Assembly (NCBI GenBank): GCA_963727625.1
Contig: CAVSHR010000002.1
Span: forward strand, 416,001 to 480,000
Reading direction: 5' to 3'
DNA length: 64,000 bases
DNA from: an uncultured delta proteobacterium
GTDB lineage: Bacteria > Desulfobacterota > Binatia > UBA9968
Part shown: piece by piece, positions 1 through 10,571 of the stretch
How the letters are laid out: each line of letters opens with the position of its first letter
How positions within the stretch are numbered: the first letter of the stretch is position 1
Translations under genes and position numbers: made by a program
The notes under the pieces: model-generated
Told to the model about the DNA's origin: nothing
Seen by the model: the letters and a program-made list of their open reading frames with translations, nothing else
Database searches by the model: none

Positions 1-250
1 ACAGAGGCTCAGAGCTCGCAGAGTTCGGAGTTTTTTTTGATACCATTCTTTTATCGGCGTGCTTCGCGTCTCCGCGGTGAGTTTGCTGCTGGACCGATTC
101 AATTGGCTCGTCGACGGATAAATTGCGTGAGCGGAGAAAACTTTCAACTACAGGAATACAGAGCTCGCAGAGGGTTTGTTCAAGATGCTATTTTTGATTC
201 GAGTTTCTCCCTGCCTTCCGCGCCTCGGCGGCGCAATCTCCGAGCCCTAC
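1..250. repeat. Two decayed REP-like palindromic elements
   Basis: CAGAGCTCGCAGAG occurs at ~10 and ~159; each is followed 50-60 bp later by a GCG(T/C)CTC(C/G)GCGG(T/C)G arm; intergenic. Confidence 0.45.
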
Positions 251-495
251 TTCACAGGAAGACCCGAATTGTAACAGTGTCTTTGGGCCGCCATGCCCGC
301 GCTCATGGTGGGTCTGGTCGCGACCCATCCTGGATTCCGGGTCGCGCTAGCTATCGCTAGCGTGCCCGGAATGGCGGGTGAATCAGAAGTAAACTCCGGT
401 CTGGCCGGACTGAGCCGTCGCAGATGGCGCGGAACTCTCTTTCCCTTCAATTGCGAGCGCGATGTTACCCGCAAGAGTGCCGCGGTTCTCGGCGC

Positions 496-1506
496 TTACT
501 TGCCTAGCCGCTTGAGCGCCTCGAGGCGATAGCTGTCGTCGATGAAGTGCTGCGGCGGATAAGATTTGTCGAGACCTTTGTTTTCAACCTCCAGCTTGAT
601 CACCGTTTCCATGCCTTTGAGGCTTGGTTCCGCGTTATTGTCGATCGGACGCAGCTCCTCCAGGACTTCCTTGTAGGCCTGCTCGGCGTAATTTCTTTTC
701 ACCTTGAAGTGCTTGATCATGCTCTGAATCGACGCTTCCTTGTTTTTCGGATCATTGAGGAAGCGCATCGCTTTGATCATTGCCATCAGGAAGCGCACGG
801 TTTGATCTTTGTGGCTAGAGATCCATTTCTCATTGCCGGCGATCACCGTGAATTGATAATCGGGCAGATATTGAGAAATATTCGCCAATACCTTCAGACC
901 GTCTTCCTTGGCTTGATAGGATGTCGGGATCGTCACCATCGCCGCTGCCACTGCGCCTTTCTTGACCGCGGCGTAGCGCGCCGGCGTGCCACCGACTGTG
1001 AGTAAATCGTAGTCGCCAGGATATTTGAGGCCATGGGCGCCGAGAATCTTCTGCAACAGCACGGTACTCCCGGAAGTAAGATTGATGACGCCCATGGTGC
1101 CGCCTTTGAGATCTTCAACTTTCTTGTATTTCGCGCCGGCGATCATGTCATAGAGCGCCTTGGTAAAATCGCCCCCGATGATTTTGATGGCGGCGCCCTT
1201 GGAAATAGCAACGACGGTGCCCTGAGTATTTCCCGGAAAAAGTAAATTGGTGGAATTCGCCGAAAGCGCCTGCACCGCCTTGGCGACGGAATTGGTTTGG
1301 AACTCGCGCACCTCTAGATTCTGTTGCTTGAAATACCCCTGGTCCCAAGCAACCCAGCGGGGCCAGTGATCGCCGGCGGTGGAGAGAATCCCGAGTTTGA
1401 TTTCGTCGGCCGCCCACAGCCGGTCGGTAAATTTGCCAACGACGGTTAGAACGAGCATGACGCACAACCCGATCGCCGTTTTTTTCACAAGCGTTAAAGA
1501 GACCAT
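496..1506 (-). CDS. ABC transporter substrate-binding protein, NitT/TauT family
   Basis: Signal peptide, GYFKQQNL and EDLKGGTMGV motifs; last gene of an ABC operon. Confidence 0.9.
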   Translation of the reverse strand: MVSLTLVKKTAIGLCVMLVLTVVGKFTDRLWAADEIKLGILSTAGDHWPRWVAWDQGYFKQQNLEVREFQTNSVAKAVQALSANSTNLLFPGNTQGTVVAISKGAAIKIIGGDFTKALYDMIAGAKYKKVEDLKGGTMGVINLTSGSTVLLQKILGAHGLKYPGDYDLLTVGGTPARYAAVKKGAVAAAMVTIPTSYQAKEDGLKVLANISQYLPDYQFTVIAGNEKWISSHKDQTVRFLMAMIKAMRFLNDPKNKEASIQSMIKHFKVKRNYAEQAYKEVLEELRPIDNNAEPSLKGMETVIKLEVENKGLDKSYPPQHFIDDSYRLEALKRLGK

Positions 1507-1545
1507 GATTTTTCCTCCCTTTCTAAATAAAACTTTTGAACCCGA

Positions 1546-2328
1546 TTAGATCTTCGACCCATACCAAGGCGCGATCCTTCGCTCCGCGTACTTGAGAATC
1601 TCGAAGGTGACGTAGCCGCCGATGGCGAGCAGCACCACGCCGACGAACGCGTCCGCCGTCCGGAACGATTCCGACGCGGCCGAAATGAGATAGCCGATGC
1701 CGGCGCGCGAGCCGAAAAACTCGCTCACGATGGCTCCCACGATCGCCCGTCCGACGCTCAGGCGCAGGCCGGTCATCACCATAGGAATCGAGCTCGGCGC
1801 GGTCACCTTGAAAAAAATTTGCCGCGGCGTGCCGCCGAAGGCGCGCACGGCCTCAACCAGCCGGGCATCCACAGTGGTGATGCCGGTGTAGGTGTTGAAC
1901 AAGACCGGAAAGACCGCGGAGATGAACACGATGGCGATCTTTGAGACGATGCCGACGCCGAGGGCGGTGATGAAAAGCGGCGCGAGCAAGATGACCGGGG
2001 CGTTGTAGGCGATCGTCACCCAGGGATTGATGACGTTCTTGATCGCGCGGTTGAGCGCCATGACGATGCCGAGGGCGATGCCGACCACGGCGCCGACGGA
2101 GTAGCCCAGAATGAATTCGACAAAGGTCGCGTGCACGTGGCGCGCGATTTCGCCGCGCGCGAGCAATTTAACGAAGGCTTCGGCGATGCGCACCGGGCCG
2201 ACGGACACGAGAGGATTTTGGATCAGAAACGCGTCGACCAGTTGCCAGATCCCAAGCCCCGCGACGACCGATAGGACGGCGTCAAATTGCTTCTCGTGCG
2301 CGCGGTAGACATTCACGACGGCGCTCAT
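1546..2328 (-). CDS. ABC transporter permease, NitT/TauT family
   Basis: EAVRAFGG (EAA loop), TM helices; start reassigned to ATG at 2328. Confidence 0.88.
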   Translation of the reverse strand: MSAVVNVYRAHEKQFDAVLSVVAGLGIWQLVDAFLIQNPLVSVGPVRIAEAFVKLLARGEIARHVHATFVEFILGYSVGAVVGIALGIVMALNRAIKNVINPWVTIAYNAPVILLAPLFITALGVGIVSKIAIVFISAVFPVLFNTYTGITTVDARLVEAVRAFGGTPRQIFFKVTAPSSIPMVMTGLRLSVGRAIVGAIVSEFFGSRAGIGYLISAASESFRTADAFVGVVLLAIGGYVTFEILKYAERRIAPWYGSKI

Positions 2329-2330
2329 GA

Positions 2331-3182
2331 TTATTCCATCTCCATGCCCCGGACCTGTTGCTGCAACTGATGCGTGTACCAGGGAGAGAGCCAGCTTTGC
2401 AGTTTTTCCAACGCGACAAACGCCGCGATGCCAAAAACGACCAGGACGACGATCCCCACGAATACCGGACCCGGCATGAAAAGCTGGGAATAGAGATAGA
2501 CCATGAAGCCAAGCCCTGCCTCGGCGCCGAACAGCTCCGCTACCACGACCCCGATCACGGCGCGGCCGACCGCAAGGCGCATGCCGGCGATAATCGCAGG
2601 AGTGGCATCGGGAATCATGACTTTGAAAAATATTTGCCGCGGCGAGCCGCCGAAGGCGCGGACGACATCGACCAGATTCTGCCGGACCGATTTGATACCG
2701 GTGTAGGTATTCAGCAAAATCGGAAAGACCGCGCCGAGAAAGACGATCAGCGAGCTCGGCAGAATGCCCAAGCCGAACCACACCACAACGATCGGCGCCA
2801 GGGCAACGCGCGGCGTAGCGTAGATGCACGATACCCAGGGATCGAGGAAGTTGTTGATCTTGTCCTGGGTCGCCATCAGGAAACCGAACGGCACGCCGAC
2901 AACGATCGCCAGAAGAAATCCATCGAAAAATTCCAGGAAGCTGAAGTAACAATTTCTCACCAGCTCGCCGTTCTGGTAAAGCTCCGCGAAGGATTGCGCG
3001 ACTTGCCAAGGCGAAGCGAAAAAATGATTGATCGCGTAGGCCTGAAAATAAACCGTACGGGCCAGCCCATCGTAAAATAATTGCCACAGAACGATGCCGC
3101 CGAGCACAGACAGGGCACCGGTCATCTGCGGCACGCGCCACCCGCTGGGAATGAGCGGCGCTGTTTTCGCCGCGGCCCTCAC
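2331..3182 (-). CDS. ABC transporter permease, NitT/TauT family
   Basis: DVVRAFGG motif; GTG start overlaps the ATPase stop (GTGA). Confidence 0.88.
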   Translation of the reverse strand: MRAAAKTAPLIPSGWRVPQMTGALSVLGGIVLWQLFYDGLARTVYFQAYAINHFFASPWQVAQSFAELYQNGELVRNCYFSFLEFFDGFLLAIVVGVPFGFLMATQDKINNFLDPWVSCIYATPRVALAPIVVVWFGLGILPSSLIVFLGAVFPILLNTYTGIKSVRQNLVDVVRAFGGSPRQIFFKVMIPDATPAIIAGMRLAVGRAVIGVVVAELFGAEAGLGFMVYLYSQLFMPGPVFVGIVVLVVFGIAAFVALEKLQSWLSPWYTHQLQQQVRGMEME

Positions 3183-3997
3183 AAAATCCCTTCTTCCTTT
3201 TCTCGGCCCATGGATTTTAATACCTCTTCCTGAATCAGGTTCCAGACCTGATCGGCCAGATCGAGAAATTTCTGGCTGCGCTTGACCGTCAGCGCGCGCG
3301 GGCGCGGCAGGTCGACTCTGACGATCTCGCGGATCCTGGCGGGCCGCGCGGAAAAAACCACGACGCGGTCGGATAGATAAATCGCTTCCTCGATCTGGTG
3401 CGTGACGAAGATCACGGTTTTGCGCGTCTGGCGCCACATCTTGAGCAGCTCGGCTTGCATGATCTCGCGGGTCTGGGCGTCCAGCGAAGCGAAAGGCTCA
3501 TCCATCAAAAGGATTTCCGGATCGACGATCAGCGCACGTGCCAGATTGACGCGCTGCTGCATGCCGCCGGAAAGCTCGTGCGGGTAGTGCTGCTCAAAGC
3601 CTTTTAGCCCGACCAGGGCGATATATTCCTCGGCCTTTTTACGCGCCTCTTTTTTGTTAGCGCCCTGGAGCTCGAGGCCCAGGATGACGTTGTCGATGAC
3701 CGTGCGCCAAAGCAACAAAGACGAGTCTTGGAAAACGAAGCCCTTGTCCGGTCCCGGTTTGATGACGGCCCTGCCGTCGAGCAGGATTTCGCCCTCGTCG
3801 CGGGGAATCAGGCCGTCGAGGATGCGCAGGAAGGTGGTCTTGCCGCAGCCGCTCGGGCCGACCAAAGAGATAAATTCCGAGGGATGAACCTCGAAGGAAA
3901 TGTCGTCGAACACCTGGATCGGCTCCGCCGATCGCTGGCTGCGAAAACTCTTGCGCAAGTTTTGTACGACGAGTTTCGATGCTGGATTCGGTGTCAT
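3179..3997 (-). CDS. ABC transporter ATP-binding protein
   Basis: Walker A GPSGCGKTT, LSGGM signature, Walker B LLMDEPF. Confidence 0.95.
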   Translation of the reverse strand: MTPNPASKLVVQNLRKSFRSQRSAEPIQVFDDISFEVHPSEFISLVGPSGCGKTTFLRILDGLIPRDEGEILLDGRAVIKPGPDKGFVFQDSSLLLWRTVIDNVILGLELQGANKKEARKKAEEYIALVGLKGFEQHYPHELSGGMQQRVNLARALIVDPEILLMDEPFASLDAQTREIMQAELLKMWRQTRKTVIFVTHQIEEAIYLSDRVVVFSARPARIREIVRVDLPRPRALTVKRSQKFLDLADQVWNLIQEEVLKSMGREKEEGIL

Positions 3998-4233
3998 GTT
4001 GGCTTCACGGCGTACGGCGCTTTATGAAGCCTCTATATACCAACTGGTCTTACAGTCAAGGTGATTTTGCAAACGGCACGCGGTGGTTGTTGCGGTCCGC
4101 CGCGGGGCTTTGCTAATTTCGGCGCATCACGAACGCCGCGCCGCGAAGGTCGCGAATCGCCAAGAACGAACGCGTTGCCAGGATAGCCCGCCTGGTGCTA
4201 GGCTTCTCAAAGAAACAGGAAGGAGCGGCCATC

Positions 4234-5046
4234 ATGCTGGAATCGGTCACTGTCGATATTCCTTACACCGTGGACAGCGGTGAAAAGCTCGTGAACGAGA
4301 CTTTCGGGCCGAACAATATTCGCCGCAGCCGGACCGGCACCGACGACAAAAAGCAGATGACTGTCGCCAACGGCCGGCTGCTCGCCGATCGTTTCTCGTT
4401 GGACGAAAACGGTTTCGTCTTCGTCGAGCACAAGACCCAGGTCACCGACTTTTTCAACGCGGAGCAGTTGAAGACGGTGTACTACCCGGAGGTCGAGGAG
4501 CTGATTAAAAAATTCTCGGGCGCGTCGCGCGTGGCGATCTTTGATCACACGCTGCGCTCCGGCGACGAATCGGAGCGGGAGGAAAAGCTCATCCGCGAGC
4601 CGGTGCTCTCGGCGCACAACGACTACACCGAATGGTCCGGGCCTAACCGGGTGCGCGAGTTTCTCCCCGACGAAGCCGACGAGTTGCTCAAGCACCGTTT
4701 CGCGATCATCCAGGTGTGGCGCGCGATCAATCGGCCGATCCAAGCCAACCCGCTCGCGCTCGCCGACGCCAAAAGCGTCGTGTTTGACGATCTTCTCGTG
4801 GCGGAGCGCCGCTACCCGCACCGGGTCGGGCAGACTTATCGTTTGAAATTCAATCCCAATCACCGCTGGTTTTATTTTCCCGAAATGCGCCGCGACGAAG
4901 CGCTGGTGTTCAAAGTCTACGACTCGGAAAAAGATGGCCGCGCCCGCTTCACGCCGCACACCTCGTTCGCCGATCCCAACTCGCCGCCCAACGCCCCGGC
5001 GCGGCAGAGCATCGAAGCGCGGGCGTTCGCGTTTTTTACAGCTTAA
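4234..5046 (+). CDS. CmcJ/NvfI-like oxidoreductase
   Basis: FDHTLR, HNDYT, VWRAI, PLALAD, TPHTSF and RQSIEAR motifs; AGGAG RBS. Confidence 0.8.
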   Translation: MLESVTVDIPYTVDSGEKLVNETFGPNNIRRSRTGTDDKKQMTVANGRLLADRFSLDENGFVFVEHKTQVTDFFNAEQLKTVYYPEVEELIKKFSGASRVAIFDHTLRSGDESEREEKLIREPVLSAHNDYTEWSGPNRVREFLPDEADELLKHRFAIIQVWRAINRPIQANPLALADAKSVVFDDLLVAERRYPHRVGQTYRLKFNPNHRWFYFPEMRRDEALVFKVYDSEKDGRARFTPHTSFADPNSPPNAPARQSIEARAFAFFTA

Positions 5047-5240
5047 CTTGTAAGCACCAAAAATAATGACTTATCCCAAAAACTCTTCATAACGATTTCT
5101 CGCGGCGTTCACCCTACCGGCGAATTTGTTGATTAACTTTTTTCGGCGACTGTCAACAATTTTGACCTGTAAAGCGGCAAATCAGAGCATTCCCATGGTC
5201 TGACGCCATTGAGGTATTGCGCTTACACGCTACGCGGTTT

Positions 5241-6206
5241 CTAGATTTCTGCCGAGGTTTGAACTGTGAAATGTTTTTGTGCCCAGGCCACGCGAAGCTC
5301 GGGTGTGGAAAAAATTTCTTGCGGCGCTTGATCGACCTGATTCAAGCGACCCCACAGTCCCGCGCCATTCGCCAGTTGTATGGCGAGCCCGGGACGCGCG
5401 TTGAGTTCGAGGAGCACCGGGCCGAGCCGGCAGTCGATCACCAGATCGACGCCCAGATAGCCCAGCCCGGTCATTTCCATCGCCGCGGCTGCCATGAGCA
5501 GCATTTTCTCCCAATAGGGAACGGCGATGCCCGCTACCGGTTTTTGCGTGTCCGGGTGGTGCGTGATGACCTTCGCGCGGCGCACTGCCTTGAGCGTCAA
5601 TCCCGTGCCGATGTCGATGCCGGCACCGATGGCGCCGCGATGGAGGTTGGCCTTGCCGTCGGATGCGAGAGTAGGCAGGCGGACCATGCTCATGACCGGG
5701 ACGCCGCGGTAGACGACGATGCGCATATCGGGGACGCCGCGATAACTCACTTCGGCAAACACCGGATCGGGCTCGACCAAGGCTTCGACGATTGCCGCGT
5801 CGGGTACCCCGCCGAGGGAAAATATCCCGGAAAGCACGTCGGAAAAATGAAAGGCCAGCTCGTCCCAGGACAAAACTTGGCCGCTTGATTTGACAAATCG
5901 ACCGTCGGTGAAATCCGTGATGATGAAGATGCCGCTGCCGCCGGCACCCCGCGCTGGTTTGACGACGAAGCGGCCGAGCGCCGCGAGTTTATCGCGGAGC
6001 TTGCTCACGTCGCCTTGATGCGCGACGACGCAATGGGTTTGCGGCGTCGGGACGCCATGCTTCTCGGCTAGCGATTTGGTGAGGACTTTGTTGTCCACCA
6101 GCGGGAAGGCCGAGCGCGGGTTGCAGCGCATAATATATTCGGCGTTGCGGCGGTTCATGTTCAAGACCCCGGCCTCGGTCAGTTCACGAAAGGCATTTAA
6201 CATCAT
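5241..6206 (-). CDS. Alpha-L-glutamate ligase-like ATP-grasp protein (RimK-like)
   Basis: MNRRNAEYI, KPARGAGGSGI, ANLHRGAIGAG and LELNARPGL motifs. Confidence 0.9.
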   Translation of the reverse strand: MMLNAFRELTEAGVLNMNRRNAEYIMRCNPRSAFPLVDNKVLTKSLAEKHGVPTPQTHCVVAHQGDVSKLRDKLAALGRFVVKPARGAGGSGIFIITDFTDGRFVKSSGQVLSWDELAFHFSDVLSGIFSLGGVPDAAIVEALVEPDPVFAEVSYRGVPDMRIVVYRGVPVMSMVRLPTLASDGKANLHRGAIGAGIDIGTGLTLKAVRRAKVITHHPDTQKPVAGIAVPYWEKMLLMAAAAMEMTGLGYLGVDLVIDCRLGPVLLELNARPGLAIQLANGAGLWGRLNQVDQAPQEIFSTPELRVAWAQKHFTVQTSAEI

Positions 6207-7726
6207 GAGTGCTTCCGTAATTCCCAGAAGCGTGACAGCTCGCCTAAACGAAAACCCGTGTAGCGGCCGAGCATGACTTGTAGCGCGGCGACGAAGCCGA
6301 TGAGCTCCGGATACAGGAAAAACGTCAACTGGAGAGATTCCCAATGAATGATCTCGTAGGTAATCGACGCCACTGCGGCGCTGCCGGCGGCAGTGCGTAG
6401 GCCCTCGCGCACGCCGGCTTCCTCCGTGATCACGAAAAAGCGTTCGATCGTCATGGTCAGAATCACGATGGGCAGCAGCCCCACGGCCATAAACGGACGG
6501 AGGCCGATCTTGTTGCCGATCAGCGCGACGACCGTCAAGCACGCAACCACGAGACTCAGCAGCACCGATAAGCGCGGCACGAGCAATAGACGCAAGCTGT
6601 TGAGGGCGCGCCTGAATACATAGCCGATCGCAATCACCGCTACGAAAACGGACAGGCCGAATACCAGCCCGGTATTGCGGAAGGCCAGCGCCATGAGCAC
6701 GGGCATGAAGATGCCGAAGGTGGGGAAGCCGACTACGTTGCGCAAGAAGGCGATCAACAGGGCGCTGATCGGAATCAGCAGCAGGATGCGAAAGGTGTCT
6801 TGGAATTCTGCCGGCAGGCGAAACAGCGACCATTGATCCAACCAGTGGTCGGAACCGGCGAATCTCTGAAAATAAAGATCCCAGCTGCCGACGCGATGGC
6901 GGGCGAGTGTCCACTGCACTTCATCCAAGCTGCCGGAGAGCAACTGGATCGCTGGAATGTTGCGCGCCAGAGCCAAGATCGAGCCGGAGCTCGGATAGAT
7001 TTCACCGGTGGCAATACGCACGTTTTCCCATTGGCTGCCGGTCCATACTTCGACCCACGAGAGCGGCACCGTGTAGACGCCTTCCGCTAACCGAAGTCCC
7101 TGCACCGCGCGGGCCGGCATTCCGGCGGCGCGGCAGAGAATCACCAGCGTGGTCAACGCGCCATATTTCTTTTGGATGTCCGACCAGCGCTGCAGCGTCG
7201 GGTCCTCCGGCGGCAGAGGTTTCCAAATATGTTGTTTCGACTCGACGATCGCGCGCAGCCGCGCCGCCGCCGGCAAATTTGACCAGCGCGCGGCCAATTT
7301 TTCCGCTGTGGCCTGCTCTTCTTCGCTCACCTCCGCGGGATAGTCGCCGAGCGGGGGCGGCGCGCTCTTGGGCTTGCGGTTGCGCAGCAGAATCTGCGCC
7401 CCATAGCTGATCGAATCCTGGATGTCGCCGGCCTGAGTAGACCAGATGCCGACTCGATTGACGTCATGGCGCGCCAGACTGAAATCGAGCGCGCCGGATG
7501 TGATCTGTTCGTCAAAAACAGTCTGCGAGTCGTCGTTGAGCGGCACCGCGACGGCGATACGTAGGCCTTTTTCACCGGTTTTGACGTCGGCCTTTACGGA
7601 AAATTGCCAGAGCCCGCCGGGAAGCGTCGGTAACAGCGGGTACTGGAGCCAGATCACCCGATAACCGACGGTCAGCGCGGGGATCAATAGCAATGCGGCC
7701 AGGACGAGATAAAGCGGTCGTTTCAA
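6203..7726 (-). CDS. Inactive transglutaminase-like domain plus 7TM membrane protein
   Basis: CRAAGMPARAVQG..WVEVW segment; C-terminal 7TM with TFGIFMP and TMTIERF; typical partner of the ATP-grasp gene. Confidence 0.85.
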   Translation of the reverse strand: MKRPLYLVLAALLLIPALTVGYRVIWLQYPLLPTLPGGLWQFSVKADVKTGEKGLRIAVAVPLNDDSQTVFDEQITSGALDFSLARHDVNRVGIWSTQAGDIQDSISYGAQILLRNRKPKSAPPPLGDYPAEVSEEEQATAEKLAARWSNLPAAARLRAIVESKQHIWKPLPPEDPTLQRWSDIQKKYGALTTLVILCRAAGMPARAVQGLRLAEGVYTVPLSWVEVWTGSQWENVRIATGEIYPSSGSILALARNIPAIQLLSGSLDEVQWTLARHRVGSWDLYFQRFAGSDHWLDQWSLFRLPAEFQDTFRILLLIPISALLIAFLRNVVGFPTFGIFMPVLMALAFRNTGLVFGLSVFVAVIAIGYVFRRALNSLRLLLVPRLSVLLSLVVACLTVVALIGNKIGLRPFMAVGLLPIVILTMTIERFFVITEEAGVREGLRTAAGSAAVASITYEIIHWESLQLTFFLYPELIGFVAALQVMLGRYTGFRLGELSRFWELRKHS

Positions 7727-8244
7727 CGAGCACGCCCCTTTGCGCAATTCGGCGGGAGCATTTTGCGATGACTGACGTCGACGACGAAGCGGCCTGCCAA
7801 CGCATTCCGGCCGATCAAGAGCGAGTACTCCATCTTCGATCGATCATTTAAATTTAGCGCCGTGGAAACAAGCTGGGTGCCGATGCACAGTTGCAATCGC
7901 ACGACCGGCCGGCGCTCTCGACCTTCGGAGGTTCGGACGGTTCGCCACCGGAGAATCGGCAACTTAACCGCCTGCGCTCCGCCCGGCTCGAATAATTTAA
8001 ACTCCACGGTTTCATCTTTGACGCGAATATCGCGCGCGTCGAGCGAAGAGGTCGCCGCTCCGGTGTCGATACGCGCTATCAGCTTGATATTCCAGGGCAG
8101 AACGACGATCTCTTCTACGGCACCCACGGTTTCTTTCGCCGCGGCGACGGCGGGGTCTCGATCGAAGGGAAAAACTGCAAGCCACGTGATCGCCCAGCCC
8201 AGCAGAAGGTAGCTGGGCTTGTTGCTGAAAGTTTTGTCTCTCAT
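7723..8244 (-). CDS. RimK-associated retropepsin-like ('ATP-dependent Zn') protease
   Basis: ARIDTGAATSSL and LLIGRNAL motifs; signal peptide. Confidence 0.85.
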   Translation of the reverse strand: MRDKTFSNKPSYLLLGWAITWLAVFPFDRDPAVAAAKETVGAVEEIVVLPWNIKLIARIDTGAATSSLDARDIRVKDETVEFKLFEPGGAQAVKLPILRWRTVRTSEGRERRPVVRLQLCIGTQLVSTALNLNDRSKMEYSLLIGRNALAGRFVVDVSHRKMLPPNCAKGRAR

Positions 8245-8577
8245 CGGATCACGTCGAATCGTTCCGGTCTAAATTGCCGATCGTTCAAAAAAACCGCCGA
8301 GCAATCGCTCCATAATAGCAGATGCTTTTCCTTGGGCGAGGGATATTGAAAAAATAGGCAGCTTCATTTGTCGCCAGCCGCGTTATTGCGGCAACCTTTG
8401 GCTGTCAAGGCTGTTCGCCGAAGTGACAGCATGTCAAGTGATTTAGCCCGGCGCAATCCGCGGCACAGGGAGACCGTTTCTCCAGGTCACCCCAACTGTC
8501 GTTATCGCGCGGCAAGTTGAGCGGTTTGCCGGGCCGGTATATTAGGAAGCGAGTGCTGCAGCCGAACAAACTCCCAG

Positions 8578-9462
8578 ATGAACCCTTCCACCACACAGCG
8601 TAAAAAACTTCCCGCGGCGATTCGCGGCGGCCTGTGGATGACCGCGGCGGCGGGGGCCTTTACGCTCATGACCAGCCTCATCCGGCAAACGGCGCCGGAT
8701 GTTCACCCCTTCGAGATCGCTTTTTTCCGCGCCCTGGTGAATCTCGTTTTGATGCTGCCGTTTGCGTTGCGCGCGGGCGTCGCCGGACTCAAGACCAACA
8801 ACCGCAAAGCGTTCATGCTGCGCGGCGTTTGCGGTCTGGCGTTTTTGATGACTTATTTTTCCGGCGCGGCGCTGGTGCCGATCGCAGAGTCGCAGGCGCT
8901 GATCTTTACCTCGCCGCTGTGGGGGGCTCTTCTCGCCGTGCTTTTCCTCGGCGAACAGGTCGGCCATGCGCGCGCTCTGGCGTTGATCGCGGGATTCGTC
9001 GGCGTTCTGATCATCCTGCGTCCGGGAGTCGTGCAGCTCAGCTTGGGCGCTGTGCTTGTGCTGGCCGGGGCGTTGTCCGCGGCGGCGAGCAACACTATCG
9101 TGAAGTTCACCACCCGCACGGATCATCCCGACGCCGTGGTCTTTTATCAAATGGTTTACGTCACACCGCTGATATTCGTCCCGGCGTTGTGGGTGTGGAC
9201 CTGGCCGACCTTCAACCAATTGCTTTTGATGATCGGCGTAGGCTTTTTCGCGACTTTGAACCAGCGTTTTTTGTCGCGCGCCTACGCCGCCGCGGATGCG
9301 ATGGCAGTTTTGCCCTTCGAATTCGCTCGACTGCCATTCGCCGCGGTGATCGGCTTTTTTACCTTCCGTGAACTGCCGGATCTCTGGGCCTGGGTGGGCG
9401 GCGCGGTGATCTTCGGCGCGTCACTCTATATGGTGCGACGGGAGACGCGTCCTGCGCGATGA
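8578..9462 (+). CDS. DMT/EamA family transporter
   Basis: About 10 TM helices; EIAFFR and LIILRPG motifs. Confidence 0.9.
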   Translation: MNPSTTQRKKLPAAIRGGLWMTAAAGAFTLMTSLIRQTAPDVHPFEIAFFRALVNLVLMLPFALRAGVAGLKTNNRKAFMLRGVCGLAFLMTYFSGAALVPIAESQALIFTSPLWGALLAVLFLGEQVGHARALALIAGFVGVLIILRPGVVQLSLGAVLVLAGALSAAASNTIVKFTTRTDHPDAVVFYQMVYVTPLIFVPALWVWTWPTFNQLLLMIGVGFFATLNQRFLSRAYAAADAMAVLPFEFARLPFAAVIGFFTFRELPDLWAWVGGAVIFGASLYMVRRETRPAR

Positions 9463-9590
9463 GGCACGCGGGAGCTGAGCGGGGAAATCCTGCCTTGGCT
9501 ATTTCTTCTTCACATTGACACAAAGAATGAGCTCGCATACTTTACTCTCGCACGGATCAAATGCATTCCATGAGCGCAAAGAGGTCGACG

Positions 9591-10571
9591 ATGAAGATCG
9601 GTTTGAGTCCTCTGCAGGGGCAGGTGAGCTTCGAGGAGACCTTGCGCGAATGCGAGCGCGCCGAGGGCGCGGGGTTCGACTCAGTGTGGCTCGGCGAGCA
9701 CCACAACAATCCGATCTTGCATCCCGCGCCGCTGATCGGTCTGGCTGCGATCGCGAGCCGGACGGGCCGTATCAGCCTGGGTACCGGCGTGCTCTTGCTG
9801 CCGCTCTATCATCCCATGATGGTCGCCGAAGAAGGCGCGATGGTCGACATGATTTCCGGCGGCCGATTGATTCTCGGCATTGGCGCGGGCTACGCGCCGG
9901 AAGAGTTCGCCGCCTTCGGCACTTCGCTCAAGGAGCGCGGCAGCCGCATGGAGGAAGGGGCTGCGCTGCTGCTGCGACTTTGGACGGAAGAAAACGTCAC
10001 GCATCGCGGCAAACATTTCCAAGTGACCGATGCCACGGTAGCGCCGCGCCCGGTGCAGCGGCCTCGGCCGCCGATCTGGTTTGGCGCATGGGCGGGGGCG
10101 GCGATCCGCCGCGCCGCGCGCTTGGGCGACGCCTGGTTCGTCGGGCCTTCGGCCAATCTCAGTGAGATCGGGCCGAGCGCGCGCATGTATCACGAAGCTT
10201 GCCGGGAATATGGCAAAGGCCAGGGAGAAGTTGCGCTATTTCGCTATGTGTTCGTCGCCGGCACGACGAAAGCCGCGATCGATACGGCAGGCGGCTCATT
10301 CATCCAGGCGTTTGAAAGAATGTATTTCCGTTGGCCGCACCCGGTGGTCAAAAAGCCGCAAGGCGAACTTACGATCGAAAGGCTAGCCGAAAACCGAATT
10401 ATATTCGGCGACCCGCAAACTTGCATCCACGAAATCAACCGATTTCGACACGAGTTGAACGTCAGCCATCTGGTCTGCCGATTTTCCGTGCCGGGAATTC
10501 CCCGCGACGCGTGCGCCAGATCTTTCGAGCTGTTCACGCGCGAAGTGATGCCGGCACTCAGGTCGAAATGA
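9591..10571 (+). CDS. LLM-class flavin-dependent oxidoreductase
   Basis: GFDSVWLGEHH, DMISGGRLILGIGAGY and PVQRPRPPIW motifs. Confidence 0.92.
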   Translation: MKIGLSPLQGQVSFEETLRECERAEGAGFDSVWLGEHHNNPILHPAPLIGLAAIASRTGRISLGTGVLLLPLYHPMMVAEEGAMVDMISGGRLILGIGAGYAPEEFAAFGTSLKERGSRMEEGAALLLRLWTEENVTHRGKHFQVTDATVAPRPVQRPRPPIWFGAWAGAAIRRAARLGDAWFVGPSANLSEIGPSARMYHEACREYGKGQGEVALFRYVFVAGTTKAAIDTAGGSFIQAFERMYFRWPHPVVKKPQGELTIERLAENRIIFGDPQTCIHEINRFRHELNVSHLVCRFSVPGIPRDACARSFELFTREVMPALRSK

